From an uncultured Solirubrobacterales bacterium (GTDB lineage: Bacteria > Actinomycetota > Thermoleophilia > Solirubrobacterales > JBBDJG01), in the NCBI GenBank assembly GCA_963774075.1, contig CAVZDP010000005.1, forward strand, positions 528,608-592,607: 64,000 nt of DNA. Reading direction: 5' to 3'. Both the position numbers and the translations under genes were made by a program. Under the pieces are notes generated by a model, which saw only the letters and a program-made list of their open reading frames with translations, did not search any database and was not told the DNA's origin. Positions 1 to 9,513 of this stretch are shown in pieces; the stretch's first letter is position 1, and each line of letters begins with the position of its first letter.

Positions 1-231
1 CTGTGCCGTGCCCCGGGGCGTTCCTGCGCCGCCGGGGCGTTTAATTGTCGCGGTCAGCGTACCGCTTTCGAGCTCGGCGATCCAGGCGTCGATCGAGGCT
101 TCGCGATAGCGGTAGTAGCGTCCGAGATTCACCACCGGGATGCGCCCGGCGCGACTCTCCGCGTACACCCAATCGCGCGTCATGCCGAGCTTGGCCGCGA
201 CCTGGTCGGCGGTGAGCAGCCGCGCGCTCAC
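1..231 (-). CDS. Excisionase/AlpA-type helix-turn-helix DNA-binding protein (3' end runs off the window)
   Basis: Not in the ORF track because no stop lies inside the window. Minus-strand translation from GTG 229-231 gives VSARLLTADQVAAKLGMTRDWVYAESRAGRIPVVNLGRYYRYREASIDAWIAELESG, a typical excisionase-family HTH. The start overlaps the stop of the upstream gene (GTGA). Confidence 0.6.
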   Translation of the reverse strand, partial: MSARLLTADQVAAKLGMTRDWVYAESRAGRIPVVNLGRYYRYREASIDAWIAELESGTLTATIKRPGGAGTPRGTAQ

Positions 232-1835
232 CACGCATCCTCCAGTCGAAGGTCGTCAGATTGGGTACGGAAATCCGCGTCACACGTGTCACCTGCGTCA
301 CGGCGTTCGGGCAGGTGAGGCGCGCGTGACGGGCGTGACGCGTCACCCGCTGCTTTTTCTAGGCGGATCATCCGCCGCCTCCGACCAGGCTTGAACTCGA
401 CGTCGATGCCGGCAGCTCGGAGGTTGGGAGCAAGACGGCGCAGCTCTGTCGAGAGTACCTGTCCGTTCGCGGGCCACCCCTTGCGCCGAGTCACGCTCTC
501 GTCGACGGAGCCGCTCAGCGCTGCCAAGAGCTCGGTTGCGGTGCCCTCGAACCTCGTGTCGGCGAGCTCGAGCAAGGGCGTCGCGATCGGTGACGCTTCC
601 AGCGGCAGCTCGTTGGCGGCCTTCCGGTTGGCCGAGTATGCGGCCATGAACGCGCCCTGGTGACAGTCGAGCGCCGGTTCCGACGCCGACACCCACTCCG
701 CGAAGTCCGCCATCCGAGGCAGCGCCGAGAGCTGCACGTGCGGGAGGTTGCGGAGCGCTACGGAGACCGACTCTAGGAGTGCTCCGAGGATCAACGGGCG
801 GGCAGCCTCGAACTGCCGCCATAGGTCGCGCTCGGTCCGTCGCTCGGTCTCTCCGATCGAAGGCAGGTTGACGACGAGCGTGCGGTCGAGGAGGTCGCTT
901 TGGGTCGCGAGCTCGCCAATGCCGTTCAAGATCACTGGCCGCTGCGCATCGAAGATGACCTCATCGGCGTCCGAGTAGAGCTCGCGCGTCGCGAAGCCAC
1001 CACCCGTCGCGAGGCGGCAGAGCGCGTTCGAGAGCCAGGCCGGCAGGTGGCTCACGTTGTCGAACGCGACGAGCCAGCCGTTGGTCGCGGCGATCATCAG
1101 GTCGCGCCCGTCGCGGGGCTCTGCTCGAAGCGGGGCGGTGCTCGGGTCAACCAACGCCTTCAGCATCCGCGCCGTCGTGCTCTTAGAGGAGCCCTGCTCG
1201 CCATAGAGATCAATCACCGGATACGGGCCCCGCGGCCGGAGGGCGTTCACGAGCGCGCCCTGGAGGAGCACCCAACCCTCGTCGCTCACGTTCAGGAAGC
1301 GTCGGAGGTCGCGCAGCGAGCCGCCGACAGTCGGCATCGGCAGGCTCGACATGCCGCGCGGTCGCCGGAACCGGACCGGCGCCTCGCCGACGATGCGCCA
1401 CCCGTCGCGGTCTACCTCGATCGCGGACCATGACGGGTCGCCCAAGTCGAGGTAGATCGAGCCCTCAGCCTCGGCGATCCTGACATGCACGGGACGCTCG
1501 GTGCCGGCGAACAGCGCCTCGCCCTCCAGGACGCCGAGCGCATCCTGGAGCGCTTGACTGTTAGGTGCTCTGCTCTCGCTCTCGTAGAAGCGGCGGGCGA
1601 GCCAGTAGCGGAAGCCGCGAGACCGGACCGGCCACGTCTCGCCATGGTCGCCGACCGGCAGCGTGGCGAAGGCCACGCCATCCGGCGAGTGGAACAGCTC
1701 GGCTGCGCTGGCGAGCTTGACGAGCTGCGTCGCCTGCGATGGTCGGGCCGGCGAGTGTTCGCACCTCTCTTCGGCGGCGTGCTCCTCCTCCCCTTCCTTG
1801 GCCAGCCATTCCACGGGCGGCAGCTCCCCGTTCAT
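228..1835 (-). CDS. P-loop NTPase, replication (primase/helicase-like) protein of the integrated element
   Basis: 535-aa ORF with Walker A YGEQGSSKSTTARML, followed by LVAFDNVSH and ILNGIGE segments as in phage/plasmid SF3-type replication ATPases. It is translationally coupled to the HTH gene. Confidence 0.55.
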   Translation of the reverse strand: MNGELPPVEWLAKEGEEEHAAEERCEHSPARPSQATQLVKLASAAELFHSPDGVAFATLPVGDHGETWPVRSRGFRYWLARRFYESESRAPNSQALQDALGVLEGEALFAGTERPVHVRIAEAEGSIYLDLGDPSWSAIEVDRDGWRIVGEAPVRFRRPRGMSSLPMPTVGGSLRDLRRFLNVSDEGWVLLQGALVNALRPRGPYPVIDLYGEQGSSKSTTARMLKALVDPSTAPLRAEPRDGRDLMIAATNGWLVAFDNVSHLPAWLSNALCRLATGGGFATRELYSDADEVIFDAQRPVILNGIGELATQSDLLDRTLVVNLPSIGETERRTERDLWRQFEAARPLILGALLESVSVALRNLPHVQLSALPRMADFAEWVSASEPALDCHQGAFMAAYSANRKAANELPLEASPIATPLLELADTRFEGTATELLAALSGSVDESVTRRKGWPANGQVLSTELRRLAPNLRAAGIDVEFKPGRRRRMIRLEKAAGDASRPSRAPHLPERRDAGDTCDADFRTQSDDLRLEDAW

Positions 1836-2173
1836 CGCCGCCCCCCGACTTCGCGATCGAGCTCGCGCACCACCGCGCTCGCGCGGGCACGCACGAGCTC
1901 TTCCTGCGCGCGCTCGACTAAGAGCTGATCGAGCTCCCTGTCACCCGTGGTGTCGCCATCGAACCGCGCCGCATGGGCGACGTGCAACTCGTAGGCGGTG
2001 CCGCCGTGCCCGAGTACGACATGAGCACGGAACGGCGATCCGGAGAGCGTGAGCTTGAAACTCGCACGCAACTCGCGGCTGCCCTCGCGTGCGAACCCTA
2101 AGAAGCTGATCCTTAGCGAAGAGGCGCCCGTATCGCGACGCTCTTCTGCTGCATCCGTCGAGACATCTACCAT
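1832..2173 (-). CDS. hypothetical protein (island)
   Basis: 113-aa ORF whose stop overlaps the start of the P-loop gene by 4 bp. No motif recognised. Confidence 0.4.
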   Translation of the reverse strand: MVDVSTDAAEERRDTGASSLRISFLGFAREGSRELRASFKLTLSGSPFRAHVVLGHGGTAYELHVAHAARFDGDTTGDRELDQLLVERAQEELVRARASAVVRELDREVGGRR

Positions 2174-2326
2174 TGCTGAGACCTCCTAAGGCCTCGTGGC
2201 CGGGATGATCCCCCGGCCCAAAAGCAGGTGTCGAGCGTGCGGCTTGGTAGTCAGCTAGGCCGCCGCTCGCCCGGGTTCCTAGCCGGAACCCTGCGGCTTC
2301 ATGGGCTTCTTCTGGCCGCGCTGCGG

Positions 2327-2632
2327 TCAGTTTTGGCCGGCCTCATCTGCATAACGCTTGAGCAGATGGTCGGGCAGGGGTTGCCCGTACACGCGGGCTT
2401 CAAGCTCCGCGAGATCGTCAGCCACGCCAGGGGCGGTCAGCCCGGGCGGTGCGTCCTGCGGGGCTCGGTGAAGAGCCTGCAGGGTCCCGCGCGTAACGTG
2501 CACATGCACGGCTGCGCGCAGCTCCGCAGCGATGGAACGGCCACGCATCTGGCTGCAATCGCGGAGGAGCCTCATTAGATGGGGTTCGGCGCGAAAGAGC
2601 ACTTCCTCACGCGCTTTCGGTTGTTTGCTCAT
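2327..2632 (-). CDS. small regulator-like protein, possibly ribbon-helix-helix
   Basis: 101-aa ORF. The N-terminal segment VLFRAEPHLMRLLRDCSQMRGRSIAAELRAAVHVHV resembles a strand-helix-helix. Confidence 0.35.
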   Translation of the reverse strand: MSKQPKAREEVLFRAEPHLMRLLRDCSQMRGRSIAAELRAAVHVHVTRGTLQALHRAPQDAPPGLTAPGVADDLAELEARVYGQPLPDHLLKRYADEAGQN

Positions 2633-2764
2633 GCTTTCAGACTATGACGATCACCCTGCAGATCCGTCAAGTTCGCGGATGGGACCCTTACCCTGAAGAG
2701 CGATGGAGGAACCTCTCTACGTGCGCATGCTGGAGAACGCGCTCGCCGCGGCGCGCGCTCGCTT

Positions 2765-3070
2765 GTGGGCGATCTGTGCCCCGGACGCCGAGGAGGACAC
2801 GCATCTGATCGAAGCCTTGCGGCCGATCGAGTGACGCCACGTCCGTGCATCGTCTGCGGCACGCTCGTTAGCTCCGGTTCACGGTGCTTACAGCACGCAC
2901 TACCGCGCCGGTCAAAGGCTTGGAGCAATCGCGTCCGTCATTCGACAGGTGGGCGTTGCAGCGTATGCGGTAGCACGGATCGCGTTCAAGCCCATCACGT
3001 TTTCGGGCGACATAGCGACGTTGGCCAACCCCTCTGCCACCGCTGCCACTGCGAAGCCCACGCGTGGTAG
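2765..3070 (+). CDS. HNH endonuclease (phage packaging-associated type)
   Basis: Two Cys pairs and His residues (CIVCG...CLQH, CSVCGSTDRVQAHHV, CHRCHCEAH) fit an HNH zinc-finger nuclease. The start is uncertain. Confidence 0.55.
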   Translation: MGDLCPGRRGGHASDRSLAADRVTPRPCIVCGTLVSSGSRCLQHALPRRSKAWSNRVRHSTGGRCSVCGSTDRVQAHHVFGRHSDVGQPLCHRCHCEAHAW

Positions 3071-3140
3071 CTCGCCCGTTTCTTTGAGAGCGCGTAATCG
3101 GCGACTCTCCGACCGCGCTGCGCAAAAAAGCTCCTGAGGA

Positions 3141-4820
3141 CTAAAGCCCGATGAACACGCCCTGCTCCAGATAGGGCGCTTCGTCCCCGTCGCCGCAGGT
3201 GGGCGGGCAGGAGGGTCCATAGCCGGTGCCGTTAAAGCCGGGGTCGTCGAGCGTGACCCGTAGCGAGGAGAAAACCGTTCGCTTGGTCTCCTTTACGTAG
3301 CCGGGGATGAGCGCGTCGGCGCTGGTCGTGGTGGTGCAGCTGGCGCCGAGGGTGGCGTCGGGGCTCGCCGTACATGTGAGCGGAGCCTGGAGCTTGGTGT
3401 CGGAGGCGGTGGCCGAGACTCCTCCGAAGCCCGAGGCGCGGTCGGTGATACGAGCCGAGACCGAGAGCAGCAGCTTGCCGGTGAAGTCGCTGCCCGCTCC
3501 AGAGGGGCAGGCGGCGTTCGCTTGCTTGCAGCGAACATCGGAGGCGCTGGCCGTGATGCGGAGGTCGGCCTCGTCGGTGGGGGTGCCGGGATCGCCCTGG
3601 ATCGCGTCGAGCCTCGCCGAGCCCTGGCCCCTGCCCGCGGTGCCGGTCGTCAGCACCTGGGAGGTGAGGGCGGGCGGAGTGCAGGAGGGCTCGTCGAGCG
3701 GCTCCACGTGCTGGGAGTTGGGGGCGGTGCACTTTTGGTAGGAGGGGACGAGCGGGACCCGTTGCGGAGAGCCGCCGCCGGGGCGGGGGTAGGGGTCGAG
3801 GGCGCCGAGGGGTTGCCAGTCGGCCTGGTTACCGCCAACGCCGTTCGGAATCGGCGTCTGCCCGGTGCCGTCCGGGTTCATCACGTAAAGACCCGATCCC
3901 GGTCCCGCTCGTGTGAACGCGATCTTCGTGCCGTCCGGCGACCAGGCGGCCTCGATGTCGTCCTGAGGATGGTTGGTGACGTTCAGTCCGCCGCTGCCAT
4001 CGGCGGATATGACGAAGATCTCCTGTTGCTGGGGCGAGATCATCCTCTCCCCCAAAGCGATCCTGCTGCCGTCTGGTGAGAACACCGGCGCCGGCCAGAA
4101 ACTGTACAGGGACCTCAGGAAGCTTTGGGCTCCGGTGACCGAGTCGGCCTGCTTGTACGAGTCGTCCCCCAGCGACCAGCAGCCGCCATTGTCGCACTCG
4201 AAGAACCACTCGTTGTCCGAGTTCGCAAAGACGATGCGGCTGCCGTCGGGCGCCCATGCCAGGTCGTGCTTGAACGACCTGGGACCGCATGGCGGATCCG
4301 CCCCATCGGCGCAAGGCTGTGGGGAGTGGGTTAACTGCAACGGCGCTCCGCCGCTCGACGGCACGACGTACAGCTCGCTCTCCTGTGCGTATTCGCCGGT
4401 TCCCGGGTCCCATATGTCAGTTCGGGCGAACGCGATCTTCGACCCGTCCGGCGACCAGACTGGAGAGCTTGCCTGTGGGTCCCCGGAGAGGAAGGTCAGC
4501 CGTACCTGTGCAGTACCGTTCCCGTTCATCACATAGATGTCGGTACTGCAAAGGACTTGGCCGCAGGTTGAATCCCGATCGGAGACGAAGGCGATCTTCG
4601 ACCCGTCGGGAGACCATTGAGGCTTGGTCTCGTGCGCCTGATTGTTCGTCAACTTGGTCGGCGCGCTTCCGTCCGCATTCACCGTGTAGATCTCGGCGTC
4701 GCCGTCGCTGTGGCCGACGAACGCGATCTTCCCGTTAGCGCCCGGGAAGGCGGCCTGCGCTGACGGAGCCGCGAACACGAGAGCAGTCAAGACGAATACG
4801 CATGTGGTTCGCAAGAGCAC
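3141..4820 (-). CDS. secreted TolB-like PD40 beta-propeller protein with Cys-rich C-terminal domain
   Basis: GTG start preceded by AGGAGG. Signal peptide MLLRTTCVFVLTALVFAAPSAQA. Repeated PD40 units (WSPDGSKIAF three times, plus FSPDGSRIA and WAPDGSRIVF). The C-terminal ~215 aa are homologous to the 38504-39364 protein. Confidence 0.8.
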   Translation of the reverse strand: MLLRTTCVFVLTALVFAAPSAQAAFPGANGKIAFVGHSDGDAEIYTVNADGSAPTKLTNNQAHETKPQWSPDGSKIAFVSDRDSTCGQVLCSTDIYVMNGNGTAQVRLTFLSGDPQASSPVWSPDGSKIAFARTDIWDPGTGEYAQESELYVVPSSGGAPLQLTHSPQPCADGADPPCGPRSFKHDLAWAPDGSRIVFANSDNEWFFECDNGGCWSLGDDSYKQADSVTGAQSFLRSLYSFWPAPVFSPDGSRIALGERMISPQQQEIFVISADGSGGLNVTNHPQDDIEAAWSPDGTKIAFTRAGPGSGLYVMNPDGTGQTPIPNGVGGNQADWQPLGALDPYPRPGGGSPQRVPLVPSYQKCTAPNSQHVEPLDEPSCTPPALTSQVLTTGTAGRGQGSARLDAIQGDPGTPTDEADLRITASASDVRCKQANAACPSGAGSDFTGKLLLSVSARITDRASGFGGVSATASDTKLQAPLTCTASPDATLGASCTTTTSADALIPGYVKETKRTVFSSLRVTLDDPGFNGTGYGPSCPPTCGDGDEAPYLEQGVFIGL

Positions 4821-4874
4821 GAATCCCCTCCTCTGGACCAGAGTAGACCACTAGGCGTGGGTCGGTTCAAGGGA

Positions 4875-6221
4875 TCAGACCCACCCCAGCAGCGCCACCG
4901 GCTCGGGCCTCGCCTCGGCTCTCTCGACCGCCATCGCGAGCGCGACCACGGCGTCGATGCACGCCGTCCGGTGTGCCCGGTCGATGCGCCAGCCACGCGG
5001 CGTGTCGCGCGCGATCACGTTCGCCACGTGGGCGTTTAGCTCGGGGTCGTTCGGGTGCGTGAGGCGCCGCTCCACGATCGCCCGGTGCAGGCGATGCGAG
5101 GCGGGGATCAGCCGGCTCGGAGACTGTGGGAAGGCGACGACCTGCATCCTGCCCTCGCGTTCCAGTTCGAGCGCAAGCTGCTGCGCCCGCCAGGGGTCAT
5201 GCACCAGCTCGGCCACGTCAAAGCTGGCAGCCAGCTCTCGAATCAGCTCGCCTGCCTCCAGGATGGCCGCGTCCCCGTGCATGATCCGGCAGCCGACGCG
5301 CAGGTCATCGGTGAGCCAGACGACGGCGGTCGCCGAGCGCTCGCCACCTGCGTCGAGGCCAATCCAGACGCGCTCGCCAGGTTCGATGGTCGCCTCGCCA
5401 GCGCACGCCTGCCAGGCGCCCGCTGGCAGCCAATGTCCCTCGAGCGCGACCCACTGGTTCGCGTGCAGCCGTCGGAAAGCTCCATCCGGCACAGCCTCAC
5501 GCTGCTCTTTTAGTCCGGCAGCGGTGAGCCAGCTCGCCGGGTTCGCGCGCTTGACGACACGCGCGCTGTCAACGTCCTCGTCGAAGGGCACGGCCCACTC
5601 GAGCATCGCGATGTTCGGTCCATGTGCGGCTGTCAAAAAGCCGTGCGGCCTTACATTCGGCTGCGCCAGCGCCCGTGTCCTCAGGCGCCCTAGCGGCGTA
5701 TCAGCACCGTTGCCGGCAGTCGTGATCACCACCATGCGGCTGCCCACACGTTTGAGCATCGCGGTGCGCATCGCTTCGTAGACACTCGCGTCGGGGAAGG
5801 CGTGCAGCTCATCGAGGCACACGTAGCTCGGCGTCAGGCCATGCAGTTTCGGGGCATCGGAGGCGAGCACACGCAGGAAACCCCGGTCGATGCGCAGTTC
5901 GAGGTGCCGCACGGCGAATCGCTGCTCGACCGCCGGATGCGTCGCGAAGTCGCGGGCGTACTCGAAAATGACGCGCGCCTGGTCGCGCGATGCGGCCGCA
6001 ACGTAGGCGGCCGGCCGCGGGGTCGTGAGCAAGTGATGGACTGCGAGGGCGCCCGTAAGGCAGCTTTTCCCATTCCCGCGCGGCAGCAGGATCAGCGTCT
6101 CGCGTTGCGGGCCGAAGATCGTCCGGGCGATCTTGCGCTGGAAGGGCTCGAGCTCGAGCCCCACGGCACGGCAGAAGGCGTAAAAGCCGCGGAGGCCTGG
6201 AGGGAATGGTCGAGCGCGCAC
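4875..6221 (-). CDS. phage terminase large subunit
   Basis: Walker A LLPRGNGKSCLTGA and the TerL-like nuclease half (WIGLDAGGERSATAVVW). The track ORF extends to 6449, but that extension overlaps the portal gene. The GTG at 6219-6221 (VRARPFPPGLRGFYAF) is the more plausible start. Confidence 0.8.
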   Translation of the reverse strand: MRARPFPPGLRGFYAFCRAVGLELEPFQRKIARTIFGPQRETLILLPRGNGKSCLTGALAVHHLLTTPRPAAYVAAASRDQARVIFEYARDFATHPAVEQRFAVRHLELRIDRGFLRVLASDAPKLHGLTPSYVCLDELHAFPDASVYEAMRTAMLKRVGSRMVVITTAGNGADTPLGRLRTRALAQPNVRPHGFLTAAHGPNIAMLEWAVPFDEDVDSARVVKRANPASWLTAAGLKEQREAVPDGAFRRLHANQWVALEGHWLPAGAWQACAGEATIEPGERVWIGLDAGGERSATAVVWLTDDLRVGCRIMHGDAAILEAGELIRELAASFDVAELVHDPWRAQQLALELEREGRMQVVAFPQSPSRLIPASHRLHRAIVERRLTHPNDPELNAHVANVIARDTPRGWRIDRAHRTACIDAVVALAMAVERAEARPEPVALLGWV

Positions 6222-6254
6222 TTGAGGAAATCGAGGGGTAGTCCTCACACTTAA

Positions 6255-7457
6255 GTGTGGAGGCCCATGCGTCTGTTCCGCAAGCCGCGATTCGAAGATC
6301 GCACTCTGACGCGCTCGAACGTCCCGAGCGTGATGTTGACGTCGACCGTCGCCGGCCTTCCCAAGACGGCCGACGCAGCTCTCCGCATCGTGGACGTGCT
6401 CGCCTGCGTGCGGCTCCTGGCGGAGTCGGCGTCGATCCTCCCCCTCCACGCCTACCGTCGCACCGCCTCCGGGCGCCAGCGCATAGAGAGTGGGATCGCC
6501 GACCTCCTGGAGCGCCCGGCGCCGGCGACGAGCCAGGGGAACCTCGTCTGTCAGCTCGTCGGCTCCCTGGCCTTGCGAGGCGAGGCTTTCGTGGGCAAGT
6601 TCCGCAAGGGCGGCGAGCTCGTGCAGCTAGGGATGCTGCCCGTCGATCGGATCGCGGTCGAGATCAAGAACGGCGAGCCCGTCTACACGCTCACGCACGA
6701 CACCGGACGCCAGACGCGGCACGGGGCCGACGACGTTCTCCACCTGCGCGGCCTGTCCGTGGACGGCGTTCGCGGCCTATCGCCGATCGGCTACGCACGC
6801 GAGGCGCTCGGGCTCGCGGCCGCGCTTGAGCAGCACGCTTCCGCCCTGTTCGCGAACGGCGCGGCGCCGCTCGGCGTCCTCACGGTGGGACAGGGCCCGG
6901 CGCAGGGCGACGTGATGGAGAACTTGCGCAAGGGGTTCGAGGACCGGCACAAGGGAGCGAAGAACGCAGGCCGGGTTGCGGTACTCGCTGGCGAGATCGA
7001 CTTCAAGCCGGTGTCGATCACGCCCGCCGACGCGGAGTTCATCGCGCAGCGCAAGCTGAGCACGAGCGAGGTCGCGCGCTTGTTCCGCGTACCCGCCCAC
7101 CTGGTCAATGCCGAATCGAACACGTCGCTCACCTACTCGACCACCGAGATGGACGCGCTCAACTTCGTCAAGTTCTCGCTTCAACCGTGGCTCACCGTGA
7201 TCGAGCAGGCCGTGAGCGCCGATCGCGACCTCTGCCAGCCCGGCACCTACGTCCAGTTCAAGCTCGACGCGCTCCTGCGCGCCGACTCGCACACTCGCGC
7301 ACAGGTTTACGCGCTCGCGCTCGACCCCGAGCGCGGCTGGATGCGCCGCGAGGAGATCCGCGAGCTGGAGGACCTGCCGCGCGAGCAGCGCGTGCCGGTG
7401 CCGACGGTGACAGTTAACGGCCACACCCGACAGGAGAGACCTCATGCCAGAGCTTGA
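6255..7457 (+). CDS. HK97-family phage portal protein
   Basis: 400-aa ORF with portal-typical segments (SPIGYAREALGLAAALEQHASALFANGA, FKPVSITPADAEFIAQRKLS, SLQPWLTVIEQAVS). The start may be the ATG at 6267. Confidence 0.85.
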   Translation: MWRPMRLFRKPRFEDRTLTRSNVPSVMLTSTVAGLPKTADAALRIVDVLACVRLLAESASILPLHAYRRTASGRQRIESGIADLLERPAPATSQGNLVCQLVGSLALRGEAFVGKFRKGGELVQLGMLPVDRIAVEIKNGEPVYTLTHDTGRQTRHGADDVLHLRGLSVDGVRGLSPIGYAREALGLAAALEQHASALFANGAAPLGVLTVGQGPAQGDVMENLRKGFEDRHKGAKNAGRVAVLAGEIDFKPVSITPADAEFIAQRKLSTSEVARLFRVPAHLVNAESNTSLTYSTTEMDALNFVKFSLQPWLTVIEQAVSADRDLCQPGTYVQFKLDALLRADSHTRAQVYALALDPERGWMRREEIRELEDLPREQRVPVPTVTVNGHTRQERPHARA

Positions 7458-8956
7458 GCAACGGACGATCGACGTCGACGTCTCAGACCTCGACACCCGC
7501 GGGCGCACGCTGCACGGTTACGCGAGCGTGTACGGCGTCGAGAGCTTAGACCTAGGAGGGTTCCGGGAGCGGATCGCGCCCGGTGCCTTCGCCGACGTGC
7601 TCGACGCGGACGTTCGCTGCCTTCTGAATCACGATCCCTCGCAGGTGCTCGGGCGCACGCGCTCGGGCACGCTGCGCCTCCACGACGAGGAGCGCGGGCT
7701 TCGCTTCGAGTGCGATCTCCCAAGCTCGCCGCTCGGAGAGAACGTGCGCGAGGCAGTCAAGCGCGGCGATGTGGACGGCGCGAGCTTCCGCTTCGTCGTC
7801 TCCGACGAGGACTGGAGTGAGGATGGCGAGCTGCGCACCGTTCGCTTGGTGCGCGAGCTGCAAGACGTAACCGTCGCAACCTACGGCGCGTATCCGGCCG
7901 CCAGCGTCGAACTTCGGACGCGACCCGACAACCCGCAAGAGGAGGAAGAAGACGTGAAGCCAGAAGACCGCGAGAGCGGCGGCCTCGCGGTCGAAGACAG
8001 GACCGCGACGGACGCCCAACCGACCGTCGAGGAGCGAGTGATCGATGCGCTGCGGAGCGTCCGCAAGGGCGAGTCGCGCGCGCTCGCCGGCAGCGCCGCG
8101 GACGCGATCACGCCGCCCGAGCTGTCGACACTGCTATTCGAGAAGCTGCGCGCGGCGAGCGTGATGTTGCAATCGGGCATCCGCGTGATCCCGACCGATC
8201 GCGACTCGATCGAATGGCCGAAGCTCTCGGCCGACGTGAGCCCGGCTTGGTACGCGGAAATGGACCCGATCACACCCGGCGACCCATCGTTCGTCACCCT
8301 CACCGCCACGCCGCGCAAGCTCGCCCACTTGGTGCAGGTGTCAAACGAGGTCGTAGACGACTCGGCGCCATCCGTCGTGGACGTGCTCAACACGCACCTG
8401 GCCACGATGCTCGGGCTGCGGCTCGACTTCTTCCTCCTGGAGGGCAACGGAACCGCGCCTCAGATCCGTGGGCTTAAGAACGTCGCCTCGATCCAGACCG
8501 TGAGCATGGGCGCCAACGGCGCGCAGCTCACGAACCTCGACCCGATCGCCGACGCGGTCGGGCTCCTGGAGGCGGCGAACGCGCCCGGGCCCTACGCGAT
8601 CGTGATGCCCCCCGCGCAACTGGTCAACGGTGCGCAAGTTCAAGGACACGACGACCGCGCCGCTCCTGACCGCTACGCCGAGCACGGACGCGCCGCGAAC
8701 GGTGTTCGGCAACCGCGTCTACGTGTCCGCTCAGCTCACGCTCACCGAGACGCAGGGCACGAGCACGGACTGCAACTCGATCTACGTCTACAGCGCGAGC
8801 GAAGTCGTGCTCGTGCGCCGGCAGGACGCACAGATCGAGCTCGATCGCTCGCGCCTGTTCAATCAGGACGCGAGCGAGCTGCGCGGCAAGCTGCGCGCCG
8901 ATCTCGTCGTGCCAAACCCGCAGGCGGTCGTGCGGATCGTGGGGGTGAGGCCCTGA
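7444..8956 (+). pseudogene. fused HK97 prohead protease and major capsid protein, interrupted by a 1-nt frameshift
   Basis: The N-terminal ~160 aa form a prohead protease (GYASVYGVESLDLGGFRERIAPGAF, LLNHD). The capsid domain follows (TPRKLAHLVQVSNEVVDDS, PYAIVMPP). The capsid C-terminus (RNWSTVRKFKDTTTAPLL...VVRIVGV) continues in the next frame after a C6 run at 8608-8613. Confidence 0.75.
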
Positions 8957-9111
8957 TGGAGCGCACTCGCGAAAAGACCCTCACCGTGACGGTAAAGGAG
9001 GGCTGTGTCGTCTACCACGACGGCACCGGCTACGGGCCCGGTCAGACGTTCGAGCTCCCGGCCGCGGAGGCGCGCGCGCTGCTCGAGCAAGGGGTCGTGG
9101 AGAAAACCTGA
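8956..9111 (+). CDS. small hypothetical protein (head module)
   Basis: MERTREKTLTVTVKEGCVVYHDGTGYGPGQTFELPAAEARALLEQGVVEKT. The ATG overlaps the capsid stop (ATGA). It lies in the frame of the over-extended 7444-9111 track ORF. Confidence 0.35.
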   Translation: MERTREKTLTVTVKEGCVVYHDGTGYGPGQTFELPAAEARALLEQGVVEKT

Positions 9112-9513
9112 GTGGCCACCTACGCGACCACCGCAGAGCTCACGGCATACCTGGACGAGAACGCCGACGCGAGCGTTGGCAACGCCGACGCCGACAAGCT
9201 GCTCGAACGCGCAGAGCGCGACGTGGACCGCGTGATCGGCCCCTACACCGTCAATGCGACGACCGGCCTCAAGCTGACGCCTGCGAGTCTCACGAGCGTT
9301 CAGCGTGCGGCGCTCTCGCGGGCGACGTGCGCGGCGGCCGAGTACCGGCTCGTCCTTGGGGAAGCGGAGCTAGTCGGCGACGATGTGCTCCTGCCGGTGA
9401 TGCTCCAGCCGATTCGCACCGCCGGCCGTGTCGCCCCGAAGATCCTGGAGGAGCTGGCAGGGTCCGGCCTGATCACCTGGAGCGGGACGGTGGCAACCGA
9501 TGCAGCCGTCTGA
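9112..9513 (+). CDS. head-tail connector (gp6-like) protein
   Basis: 133 aa. The N-terminus TTAELTAYLDENADAS...ADKLLERAERDVDRVIG matches the usual gp6-like connector pattern, and the gene sits directly after the capsid. Confidence 0.5.
   Translation: MATYATTAELTAYLDENADASVGNADADKLLERAERDVDRVIGPYTVNATTGLKLTPASLTSVQRAALSRATCAAAEYRLVLGEAELVGDDVLLPVMLQPIRTAGRVAPKILEELAGSGLITWSGTVATDAAV

Noticed and set aside
6222-6449. N-terminal extension of the terminase ORF
   Set aside because: It overlaps the portal gene start on the other strand and is low-complexity. TerL-like sequence only begins near the GTG at 6221.
8614-9111. Continuation of the 7444-9111 ORF after the C6 run (AQLVNGAQVQGHDDRAAPDRY...)
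   Set aside because: This stretch is Arg-rich with no capsid similarity. The adjacent frame carries the conserved capsid C-terminus, and the last part of this frame is better explained as a separate 52-aa gene starting at 8956.
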